Shown: one piece after another, positions 50,801-61,206 of the stretch
Position numbering within the stretch: position 1 is the stretch's first letter
How the letters are laid out: each line of letters starts with the position of its first letter
Position numbers and translations under genes: made by a program
The notes under the pieces: generated by a model
Databases searched by the model: none
The model's input: the letters and a program-made list of their open reading frames with translations, nothing else
What the model was told of the DNA's origin: nothing
From: Octopus vulgaris
Lineage: Eukaryota
DNA: 64,000 bases
Direction: 5' to 3'
NCBI GenBank assembly: GCA_951406725.2
Contig: OX597815.1
Coordinates: 1,302,001-1,366,000 of the forward strand

Positions 50801-51446
50801 AGGATTCTACAAGCATTTTTATTGCCTCTCTCATCTTATTTTCCACGGCCTCAGTTCACCAGACTCTCAAGGGGAGGAGTGTCTTGTAATGGTCAAGTGG
50901 ATTGACTTTTGTTGCATTTTAATTTTTTTCTGATTAAAGAAACCCAACAAAAACAAAACTTCAACATGTAGCGAATATGGGCAAAAAACATGTAAGGAAG
51001 TCATCAGAGAAGTCAGAGAAATTGTTAACAATACATTAAATGGAATCTCTACTTGTAGGGAATGTGGAAAAGAATGTATGTCAGGAGGTGAATAGAAACA
51101 TCAAAACAATATTGTAACACCTAGAATACTCTACAAAAGAGTAAATGTCCCTTGTTGGACTAAATCTAAATTTTTAAAAAATTGCAATTTGACAATCTTA
51201 AGAGAAAAGACAAAATTAAATCAAATTTTACCTGAAATTTTTCTTTTCATTTTCTATAGTAATCATTAACAATTTGAAAATAATTTACTTGTGGAATGTA
51301 GTTATCATCATTAATGTTTTAAAAAACTAACAAAAAGAAATATTTCTCAGTATTTAAAGCTAATTCAATAAATTGTTATTGTCATGTATGTGTGTATATG
51401 TGTATATATCTGTGTAAATATGTGCGTGTATATATATATATATATT

Positions 51447-53612
51447 GAGACCGCATGGCAGCACTTTGAAAACATTGTCACCTATACATGCTCTAAACAC
51501 GCTCCCACGAAATCTACTAACACAAACAGAAACCAGCTCCCTAAAAAGAAAAAAACACTCATCAGGCGCATCAAAAGACTCAACAAAAAAATCAACCAAT
51601 TAAAATATTCCCACATACAACATCCAAATTCAACAACAATGAAAAGGCTAGAGCAGGAAAAACTTCATCTACAGAACGACATGAAAACCTCCATTGAAAA
51701 TCAAAGAGCTGTGGAGGAACAGTGGGTAATCAAAAACATCAAACAGAACCCAAAAGTGTTCTATTCTTATGCAAATAAGCATAGAACCACTGTCTCACCC
51801 ATTGGGCCATAACGGCATTCCCCAACATGATGCTAAAGAAATTGCAGAAATACTGCAGAAATAATACTGCTCTGTCTTTAGTGTTCCCACTGATATTGAC
51901 GTAAGAGAAGCAAACGAAGTTGACTCCCAACATAAAATCTCAGACATAACCTTCACTGCCACTGACATCATAGCAGCAATAAATGAGGTCAAATACTACT
52001 CTGCTGTAGGCCCTGATAGATTCCCAGTTAGTCTCCTGAAGGAATGTAGACATCAACTTTCAGTCCCCCTGACCAACCTCTGGAGAAATTCGTTAGACGC
52101 AGGTTATATACCGAAACAGTTTCTATCCCAGTCAGTCATCCCGGTTTTCAAACAGATCCCTCGCAGTCAACTATCGTCCAATCTCACTCACCTCCCACAT
52201 CATTAAAGTGTTTGAAAGAATGTTAAGATCAAGGATAGCTGACTTCCTGGAAACCCACAAACTCCTAAATGCAAATCAGCATGGCTTTCGCTGTGGCATG
52301 GACTGTCTAACACAGCTCTTACACCACATTGGAGATATACTCAAAGCCTTGGGAACAGGTTCGAACTCTGATGTCATATATCTTGACTTCAGTAAAGCGT
52401 TCGACAGGGTAGACCATAATATCCTACTCTCAAAATTGGCAAATGTTGGAATCCGTGGAAAAGTTCTACACTGGATTAAGTATTTCCTGGCAAATAGAAC
52501 ACAACATGTTGTAGTTGATGGAGTCCACTCAAGCCCAGCAAAAGTCACCAGCGGTGTCCCCCAGGGGACTGTCTTGGGTCCGCTACTCTTCATAATTTAC
52601 ATAAACGACCTTTCCAGTGTCGTACATTACTGCAAAGTGAAAATATTTGCTGATGACACTAAGCTCCAGTAAATCATCAATGAAGAAGAAGACCGAACTC
52701 AACTCCAGTCTGATCTATATGCTGTGAGTCAATGGGCAGACAGAAACAAAATGCAACTGAACGAGGGAAAATTTGAGCTGATGCATTTTGGAAGAAATTC
52801 CTCACTAAAACAGCCATACTCTCTTCCTTCAGGGGAACCGCTCACAACCTCTAACAATATCAGAGACCTGGCTGTAATTGTTGATGACGATCTCAGTTCG
52901 AGTGCCCACATCAACAATAAGGTCGATATACCTCGTAGGATGAGCTCCTGGATCTTAAGAACTTTCCAGTCCAGAAAACAAGGTGTCATCATTCCACTTT
53001 TCTCCTCCTTTGTACTGCCACCTCGAATAGTTATGCCCCTTGTGGTCTCCCCATACAAAACAAAACATCTCAAGGACTGAATCACCCCAGAGGGCATTCA
53101 CTAAACAAATTGAAGGCATGGCTGCTCTCGATTATTGGAATCGCCTTAAAGCCTTGAAACTTTACTCTCTCCAGCGCCGCCGTGAGCGGTACATCGTACG
53201 ATGTGGAGAATATACCGCCAACTTTGCCCAAACGACCTGAACATTAGTTTCAAGGTTCATCCAAGACTGAGACCACAGGCCATACGTCCCCTGCCCAATT
53301 CAAGATCACAGCATACATGTACACTGCAACATAAATTCTTTTCCTCAACAGGCCCTGCCCTATTTAACATTGTCCTGAGGGAGATTAAAGAGGAAAAGGA
53401 TCCCATCAACTTTAAACAGAGTCTGGATAGATTCCTTCAAAGAATACCAGATAAGCCACCCATAATTGGATACAACTCACCCAACAAGAACTCACTACTT
53501 GAATGGACCATAAACAAAACTTGACTTAAACAGGATTCAAATAATTCTATCAGGTGGTGCTATTAAGTTAGACATGGCCTGGACCAATCTTTGGTCGAAA
53601 CATATCTAAGTT
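51447..53612 (+). mobile_element. Decayed CR1/Jockey-group LINE (RT pseudogene)
   Basis: NPKVFYSY, YRPISLTS, YLDFSKAFDRVDH, GVPQGTVLGPLLF, FADD, LYSLQRRRER; stops/frameshifts; (TA)n on both sides. Confidence 0.9.
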
Positions 53613-53848
53613 TATATATATATATAAATTTGTTTGGTGAAATAGAAAGATGAATAATCTTGTTGCAGATTAATCAAAAGTTTAACCGATACCTTGGTAG
53701 CAAAAATCACAGCAGAAGAAAGCACGGTTGGAGGTACAACCATATGGTGTTGCAACCGTGCGTTGGTGCGGATAATTGAATTTTAATATTATTAGTGAAT
53801 TGAAGAAATGGAGTTGAACGAAGATTGAACAGAAATCCTTTTATTGCA

Positions 53849-53928
53849 TTCTACACGTGTTTCGAAAGCCACAATTTACCAAATTCCGATTGAATAAGGA
53901 GACCATATTGTGTCTTTCTCTTCAGGAA
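53849..53928 (-). ncRNA. Type I hammerhead ribozyme in 3' pLTR (sense to RT ORF)
   Basis: TTC-CTGAAGA-GAAAGACACAAT..ATTGTGGCTTTC-GAAAC-ACGT-GTA-GAA, followed by AATAAA. Confidence 0.8.
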
Positions 53929-54234
53929 GAAATAGGAATTCCGTTGGCAGAACAAAAACAGAACAGAGGCGCAGCAAAACAAATCGAACGAGGAGGCTCC
54001 TAAGAGCCCATGGCCAAACTGTTTATCAATGTATGTTGAAATCGGGTGGTGGGTGCGTTGAAGATATTTACAGGTCAGGCAGCGGTCAATCCGGTGGGTG
54101 AGAGCACAGGGTGCGTAGATGTTCTTTGTGACCGAGACTAAGGTTCTGACTATTTTAAGAATATTAGGTGTATTATATGGGGCGAGACAAAATCTACTTA
54201 GAAACATGTGTGTGTGAACTGTTCTATATGTGCA

Positions 54235-54431
54235 CGGCCGTAAGTTGGTAAAAAGCGCTACACAATGGTCACTGCTGAAAAATCCGTCAGGCGGCAGAAA
54301 ATATTTTATGTGTTCGTGTGTTCGTTTAATCGCGCGGCCGTAAGTTGGTAAAAAGCGCTACACAATGGTCACTGCTGAAAAATCCGTCAGGCGGCAGAAA
54401 ATATTTTATGTGTTCGTGTGTTCGTCTAATC
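54235..54431. repeat. 100-bp tandem duplication in Penelope 3'UTR
   Basis: CGGCCGTAAGTTGGTAAAAAGCGCTAC... at 54235 and 54335, near-identical. Confidence 0.9.
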
Positions 54432-54606
54432 ATGCTTTGTCAAAAAAAACCTCACGTCGTCAAAACAAAACACCATTCGCCTAATGGGAGTAATTCCCCT
54501 TGCAAGGGTTAATCATATCTCTCTTAAAAAGCTTTTTCAAAAAATTATTTCCAAGGGCTATTTTCATATAAGTAGGGTAACCGGGTGCAGGTATCATTTA
54601 TAAGCG

Positions 54607-56841
54607 TCATTTATAAGCAAGATAAGTATAACGCCGCCAATGGGGGCATCGAAAAGCCGACTGTAAAAGTCCGTTTACCATCCGGTCTCTGGCGAACAAT
54701 ATATGGAAAAGCTCAGAGACACAAAGGTTGCACTTCCTTCTGCCTCTATCAAATGGGAGGGCCACCGACAAAATTGACCATTCCAGCCTGTAGCTTGAGT
54801 TCGTATTCTTCAATCGCCTTATTAGCTTGCTAAGTCCCGTGGCTTGGTATTTATTCACGTCGCGAAAAGTTGCGTAATGGTTGGAGATTCGTAAGGCCAA
54901 TTTTGACGATGAGGCCCCGACATATGAGTAGACATCTGAGTCCGTGTAAACCTTGCATTGGTAAACGGCATTTCTGATCTTGGAGTTCCCCAACATGAAC
55001 CTTATTCTATTAGGATTAGTTTCTGAAATTAGAACTGCGTTACTGTTACTATATTGATTGCGAGAACTGCGGCCGCTTACTACTTTATTTTCCACTAAGT
55101 CACTATTAACTAACGGAATAACCCCTGATTCTTCACTATCACTCAGAGTGCTGTAATTGCTAGTGTCCGTGGTACTGCTATTGCCGGAAACGATGCTGGA
55201 GTTGCTATTGGGATTCTCTACCCTAATGAGCCGAGTTGCGCTCACCTCACTACTGCCATTGTTATCGTTAATGACATCACCCTTATTTATATCTATACGC
55301 CTAGTATATAATCCCTGGTTGGAGCTGAGATTATCAGTCACTGTACTGGCTCTCATATCATTATTCCTACTATTATTATTCCTACTGAGCGTTAAACCAG
55401 GAGCGGACGAAGCTGTGCCTCCGGACAAAGGTGATAGGGTCTTAATAAGCAGCCTATTATTATGGGAGGCGATTATCTGGGCGAGGTTTTTAGTGTTGGA
55501 GAAAGCTATCCTAACTTTATGCGAGTTAACCGTGGAGTAATATTTGGAGTTTCTGGGGAAGTTATTGGCGATGGCTTGTCGAAACAGGAGGGGGAGGTTA
55601 GTTCTAATCTGCTTACCAAAGGGAATTACAAACCATATATGCTTATTCCTATTTATGTGATGGGTTGGGAAGCCAGCTCTCGCATTAGGGTGGGTGATTC
55701 TCGGATGAATAACGGGTTTTGGGTTAGTGTGAACTCCCCCGGACCGATAATTATCCTTGTTCGCTAAATTAAATGCGGAAGTGCCTGCCCCAGCACCCGC
55801 CGCGCTCCCGTCACTACTTAAATTATTTATGCTATTATAGACGGCCCTATCCTGATGACCGAATGATGGCATCGGAAGGGCCGGATCAATATAAATTACC
55901 TTCTGCCTATAACCGGCCTTGGATAGTGCGGCGTTATAAAATTCCGCTTTCTGCATAAAAATATCGGCACTAGCGGACAAGTTAGACAATCTTAGAGAGA
56001 TGTTTTTAACCAAATTGTCTGTTACGGTTTTGGCATGATTGGAGAAGACACTGACATACTTCAAATTAGTGGAAGGCTTATGGTAAGGGCAGTATGAATC
56101 GCTATTAAGGTTAAGTGTAACGTCTAGGAAATTAGCCTTGGTGAGTTCATTATCAAAAACTATATTCATGCCCATTCTATTAAAAAACCTAGCTAACCTA
56201 CTCTTAGTTTTCTGCACTATTCTGTTCATGGTGTTTTGCAGGTAAAACAGACAATCGTCACGATACAGGCCGCCCGCGATCTCCGGGAATTGGTCGGACA
56301 ATTCGTAGAGAATATAGATTCCGACCAAATCGGCTATCTGCGCACTATCCGAACTACCCATAGGCACATCAAATTCATTGGGAGTATCTTTACGGATCCA
56401 CAACTTATTATCAAACTTAATAAACGATTTCCTGGCAACTAAAATGATATCTATTTCTTCTCTGGTGAGGCCTGCTTTATTGTGAGCATGCCAAAGGGCC
56501 TTATTTAGTACACTAGGGTTAATCGAGGGGTAGAAGCTAGCGATATCAAACTGAATAAACCTAGTACGGTTCTTATTGGGGATGGAAGAGAACCACTTCA
56601 CTACCTGCGAGGAGTTGGCCCAGAGGCTGAGCTTCAGCTTATTTACTAAACTAGGGATATATTTATCTAAAATGTACTTACTGATTGCCCCGATATCAGA
56701 GCTAGCAGGGCATATGAGTCTTAACGCTGGGTTGGTGTAGAAATTCGGTTTATGGTCCTTCACTATAAATCTAGGTTGCTTAGGGCTAAGCGGCTGCGTT
56801 CTCATTTGAATTCCGTGTTTAAACATTATTTCCTTAATTTC
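54607..56841 (-). CDS. Penelope-like RT/GIY-YIG endonuclease ORF (N-terminally truncated)
   Basis: KDHKPNF, FIQFDIASFYPSI, PMGSSDSAQIADLVG, GLYRDD, FLDVTL, AVYQCKV...YVGAS, CNLCVSE, CPH; no internal stops. Confidence 0.9.
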   Translation of the reverse strand, partial: EIKEIMFKHGIQMRTQPLSPKQPRFIVKDHKPNFYTNPALRLICPASSDIGAISKYILDKYIPSLVNKLKLSLWANSSQVVKWFSSIPNKNRTRFIQFDIASFYPSINPSVLNKALWHAHNKAGLTREEIDIILVARKSFIKFDNKLWIRKDTPNEFDVPMGSSDSAQIADLVGIYILYELSDQFPEIAGGLYRDDCLFYLQNTMNRIVQKTKSRLARFFNRMGMNIVFDNELTKANFLDVTLNLNSDSYCPYHKPSTNLKYVSVFSNHAKTVTDNLVKNISLRLSNLSASADIFMQKAEFYNAALSKAGYRQKVIYIDPALPMPSFGHQDRAVYNSINNLSSDGSAAGAGAGTSAFNLANKDNYRSGGVHTNPKPVIHPRITHPNARAGFPTHHINRNKHIWFVIPFGKQIRTNLPLLFRQAIANNFPRNSKYYSTVNSHKVRIAFSNTKNLAQIIASHNNRLLIKTLSPLSGGTASSAPGLTLSRNNNSRNNDMRASTVTDNLSSNQGLYTRRIDINKGDVINDNNGSSEVSATRLIRVENPNSNSSIVSGNSSTTDTSNYSTLSDSEESGVIPLVNSDLVENKVVSGRSSRNQYSNSNAVLISETNPNRIRFMLGNSKIRNAVYQCKVYTDSDVYSYVGASSSKLALRISNHYATFRDVNKYQATGLSKLIRRLKNTNSSYRLEWSILSVALPFDRGRRKCNLCVSELFHILFARDRMVNGLLQSAFRCPHWRRYTYLAYK

Positions 56842-57134
56842 CAGTTCACACACACATGTTTCTAAGTAGATTTTGTCTCGCCCCATATAATACACCTAAT
56901 ATTCTTAAAATAGTCAGAACCTTAGTCTCGGTCACAAAGAACATCTACGCACCCCGTGCTCTCACCCACCGGATTGACCGCTGCCTGACCTGTAAATATC
57001 TTCAACGCACCCACCACCCGATTTCAACATACATTGATAAACAGTTTGGTCATGGGCTCTTAGGAGCCTCCTCGTTCGATTTGTTTTGCTGCGCCTCTGT
57101 TCTGTTTTTGTTCTGCCAACGAAATTCCTATTTC

Positions 57135-57214
57135 TTCCTGAAGAGAAAGACACAATATGGTCTCCTTATTCAATCGGAATTTGGTAAATTGTGGCTTTCG
57201 AAACACGTGTAGAA
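57135..57214 (+). ncRNA. Hammerhead ribozyme in inverted 5' pLTR copy
   Basis: Mirror of 53849-53928; CTGAAGA 57138-57144, GAAAC 57200-57204, cleavage triplet GTA 57209-57211. Confidence 0.8.
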
Positions 57215-57271
57215 TGCAATAAAAGGATTTCTGTTCAATCTTCGTTCAACTCCATTTCTTCAATTCACTAA

Positions 57272-57310
<39 letters not shown>

Positions 57311-57499
57311 TCATATAGTAATGCTTTCAAATACATTTGCAACATCAACAGATGGCATTCATGTATGACACTTCTCTGGGTAGGCACATAAAAGGGTACC
57401 ATTCGAGTGGGATCGTTACCAGTGTCGCCTTACTGGCACCTGTGCCGGTGGCATGTGTAAAAATATTTGAGTGAGGTCATTGCCAGTACCGCCTGACTG

Positions 57500-59157
57500 G
57501 CACGTAAAAAATTGTTAGAAAATATGTCCTTATATTTATTGTTGTCTTTAATAAATGTCTTAATTATATTTAAAATCTCTTTAATAATGTTAGTTTTAAC
57601 CTTTATCCCATAGGGGATTATTAGCCATATTTCCTTCTTATTATTATGAGGTTTATTGTTCAAGTTACTACCTGCATCAGGCTTCAGATGATTCTTAATG
57701 TTGTGGTTATTGTTATCGAAGGTGTATGCATCATTTAAATTATAATTATATCTCACCTTATGAAGCCCTTCATTATAATATGGTGCATGTTTATTGAATA
57801 TCTCATAGTTGGAAGAAAGTAATGAAATTCTTTTCCGTATATCATTTGCTAACGCTTTCTTAATTGAAGGTGGATGGTTACTCTTAGCATTAATATATTT
57901 CAGGCTTTTGTTAATTTTATGCTAAGGTTGGGTTATACCTGTTATTAAGTTAAAATTTACATCTAAGTAATTAACATTGCTATTTTTGTTATAAATTGTA
58001 ATCCTAAGCCCATTTCTTTAAAAAAAAACTATATATTTTCTTCTTATATATTTCCAATGTTCTATTCGTGCAATTTTTCGTTATTAGCAGCAGGTCATCT
58101 CTATATAATCCAAACTCCATTTTAAAATTTTCTAACTGGAGTTCTGCGAATAAGTAAATCCCTACTAGGTCTGTAACCTGAGCAGAATCAGGTGCTCCCA
58201 TAGGGATATCAAAAAAATCCCCGGTGTCTTTTCTAGCCCACAATTTATTATTATACTCGATAAACGATTTTCTGGCCATTTTTACTACTTTAACTTCATC
58301 CTTGGTCATTCCCACCTTATTCATTGCATATATTAGGACCTTATTAAGTACAATTTCATTAATCGATGAATAATAATCATCTATGTCTATTTGAATGAAT
58401 TTGTAACTATTACAGTCTTTAATATTTTTAAACCATTTTAAAGTATTATTAGTGCTAGTCCAGAGTTTAAGGTAATTCAGATTATTTAGTTTATTAATAT
58501 ATTTATCTAAAATTAATTAATTTCCCTAAATCTGATTTACTGGGGCATATGAGTCTAACTTTAGGGTCCGAGTAAAAATTGTGTTTATGTTCCTTCAAAA
58601 TAATTCTAGGGTGCATTGGTACATAAGGTTTTGTTTTATTGTCATCTCGTGTTTTTCCATGATTAACCTAGAGGCTTTATTAATATTATAAATGGTATTT
58701 TCCGGGACAATTTTATATTTTTTATTTATTTCCTTTTCCAAAAGATTATCATATAATTTCGTATCTAACTTATACAGGTTGCCAGTTTTATCTGATTGTA
58801 CTACGATTCCTTCAATATTCCGCAATTCTTTTATTTTGGTTGCTAAATATCTTAAATATTCGTTGTGCCTGTTTGGGTATTTTTAAAATTTAATCTTTTT
58901 AACCCCCTTCCAAATTTTGTCTCCCAGAGTCTGAATCCCCCTATTATATGGAGGTTTGAGCTTATGGAATTGGTATTCTCCACATTTTTAATGTTGGCAA
59001 TGTTACCATTATTATAGTGGACTATCCCTTTTATTCTATTAATGAAATCTTTTATATTATTAATAAGTTTAAGGATTTATTTCCTTTTCGACGGAAAGGG
59101 GATGTCCCTCAATGATGAGTCCCAGAGTTGTGGCTCTATCTTACCTGCAAGTTCCAT
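57500..59157 (-). pseudogene. Second, decayed Penelope-like element (N-terminus + RT)
   Basis: SLRDIPFPSK, SDKTGNLY, FFDIPMGAPDSAQVTDLVGIY, GLYRDD; stops and frameshifts. Confidence 0.88.
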
Positions 59158-60769
59158 AACAAACGGAAATTGAAGGTTAAACCTAAACAATATTCGTTAA
59201 TTATGAGTATATTAAAAGTATTATAATAATAATAATATTAGGGAATAAATTATTATTCCAACCTTACAGGTAAAATTCAGTATAATAATATTAGACTGAA
59301 TTTCGTAATATATAATATATGTATATAACTACTTTAGAGATGAACCACCATTCCACAACTCAGTCAATGAAGAACGCATCCATAACCATGCTGTGAGACA
59401 TATACCATACAAAATAGTAATCTAAAATTTCAATAATCTATAATATTGAACAGTCAGATTATATAATATATAAGAGCAAATACTTTTAAAACCACTGCGA
59501 ATACCACACAAAGAAACATTCATCATAAAAATATTAATCTAAAATCAAATAAAGTATAAATTGAACAATAAGAATTAATAAAATAATATAATGTATAAAA
59601 GTAAGTACTTGTACATTGACTACGCACGTTTCATGGCTGAATTAGGACTATATAAAATCAGATAAGAAAACCATATCCAAGTTCATTAGAACGGGAAAAT
59701 GATTTTGTAGTGGTATCTGATATCCTCACTGTTTGAGAGACAGGAATGATCTCATTTGAGATTACAGCCATCTTAGGCTGGGTTGTTCTTGTAGTGTCCA
59801 CTGATCTGATTGGTTGGCATGTGGCGCAGTTTGTCTCTACTTATTCCACACCACTGTGCAAAGCCAACCAATCACAGCCTTTGGTTAAGGTCTCGTGACA
59901 CTGTTTTTCCTAGGTTCTGTTTGAGTCATTTCTCCTCTATATAAAGGGCTTGCTTTCAGTATACTTGGTCTTTGACTCTAGACCTTTTAAGGTCCAGTCT
60001 AGTCACTGACCATCATCGTACTCAGCCATGTTCCAGTTTCCTGCGACAGACGACCAGTCAGCCAGCTACTACGACGCTATTATACACCAGCAACAGACAG
60101 AACGTTTTCTATCTCCTCTGCCGTCACCACCATCATCGTACCAACTTTACATCGTCTCTACCATCGTCAGCTTCAGATATGTACACACCAACTACACAGA
60201 TTCAACTCACGCTGTTAGAGAGAACCTTTCACCAGGTAAAACAGTCCATCTGAAGAATTCTATATTAAGAGACTCAGCTTGGCTTTGAGGCTACAACGGT
60301 GGCACAGCATATTCGCCCAACCTGCCTCCGCCTCAAGACACAACTTCTTGTATAGAACTCTTGCATATCGTGTACTTCATGCATGAACTGGTAATCTAAA
60401 TTCCATCTTAACACTAGGCTGAGACTTTCATCTTATACTCTGTATTTCTGTGTCATACACGTTCACCTTTGTATCTGTCACACACACGAACACCAACACT
60501 TGTTGCATACACACAAACACAACACTAATTTTAACACCTTGTTAATAAAATCTTCTCTCAAACAGTGGAACGGCTTGTTGTCATTCATTTCTATTCTGTT
60601 GGCACTGTATTATATAAGTTATATTATGGCTTATCCTATTTTGTTAGGGATGTGACCGTGCGGCGTACAAAAGGAGACGTATGCCACCAACCTCCTCACA
60701 TACGGTCGTATTCCGACAATTTTACTCCCAAAAGCAGTCAAAGTTAAGCTTCTAGATTTTAGGTTTTTT

Positions 60770-60885
60770 TAGGAATTTGACCCGAGGAGTGACTGCACCA
60801 GCTACCCACATTAATAAATTAAAAATACATGATAAAGAATTCAGTCTGGATTGGTCTATTATAACGGAAACTACACCATACAGTA
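60770..60885 (+). pseudogene. Penelope-like GIY-YIG C-terminal fragment cut by the Gypsy LTR
   Basis: FRNLTRGVTAPATHINKLKIHDKEFSLDWSIITETTPY aligns by eye to FRDVNK...LSKLIRRLKNTNSSYRLEWSILSVALPF of the intact copy. Confidence 0.55.
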
Positions 60886-61093
60886 TGTGGTGTTATCTCC
60901 CTTAGATTAGTCACCTATCATTACAGGAACTCTCTAGTTTAAAAGAGTACATTTGGGTCCCTGCCAGTAAGAAGCCATTACTGCGTATGCTTTGTTAATA
61001 AACTGACCTATCTTATCTCACGCTAAATTCTCTTTCTATTTATTAACCAATATCGTCAGCCTTCATTACACAACATGGTATCAGAAATGGGAT
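60886..61093 (+). mobile_element. Putative 5' LTR (60886-61075) and PBS of Ty3/Gypsy element
   Basis: TGTGGTGTTAT...ATTACACAACA imperfect inverted ends, internal AATAAA, PBS TGGTATCAGAAATGGGAT directly after. Confidence 0.65.
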
Positions 61094-61206
61094 TCTGAAG
61101 GATTGGAAAAAAATGAAAGACTTCGCCCAGCACTCATGCCATTAAAAAAAAAATAAAGAAAAGAAAAAAAGAATTATAAATTTATTTTCTTCATTTAATT
61201 TAAAGA

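Larger units (their letters stand above)
53627..57279 (-). mobile_element. Penelope-like retroelement, 5'-truncated, with inverted pseudo-LTRs
   Basis: RT + C-terminal GIY-YIG ORF; 438-bp inverted repeat 53784-54221 / 56842-57279; (TA)n at both ends. Confidence 0.92.

Noticed and set aside
53851-54207. 118-aa ORF duplicated at 56856-57212
   Set aside because: Lies inside the pLTR; its duplication is explained by the inverted repeat and it has no recognisable domain
54235-54431. CRISPR-like array
   Set aside because: Simple tandem duplication without unique spacers in a eukaryotic context
55157-55540. Hydrophobic 127-aa + strand ORF
   Set aside because: Antisense shadow of the Ser/Asn-rich Penelope linker
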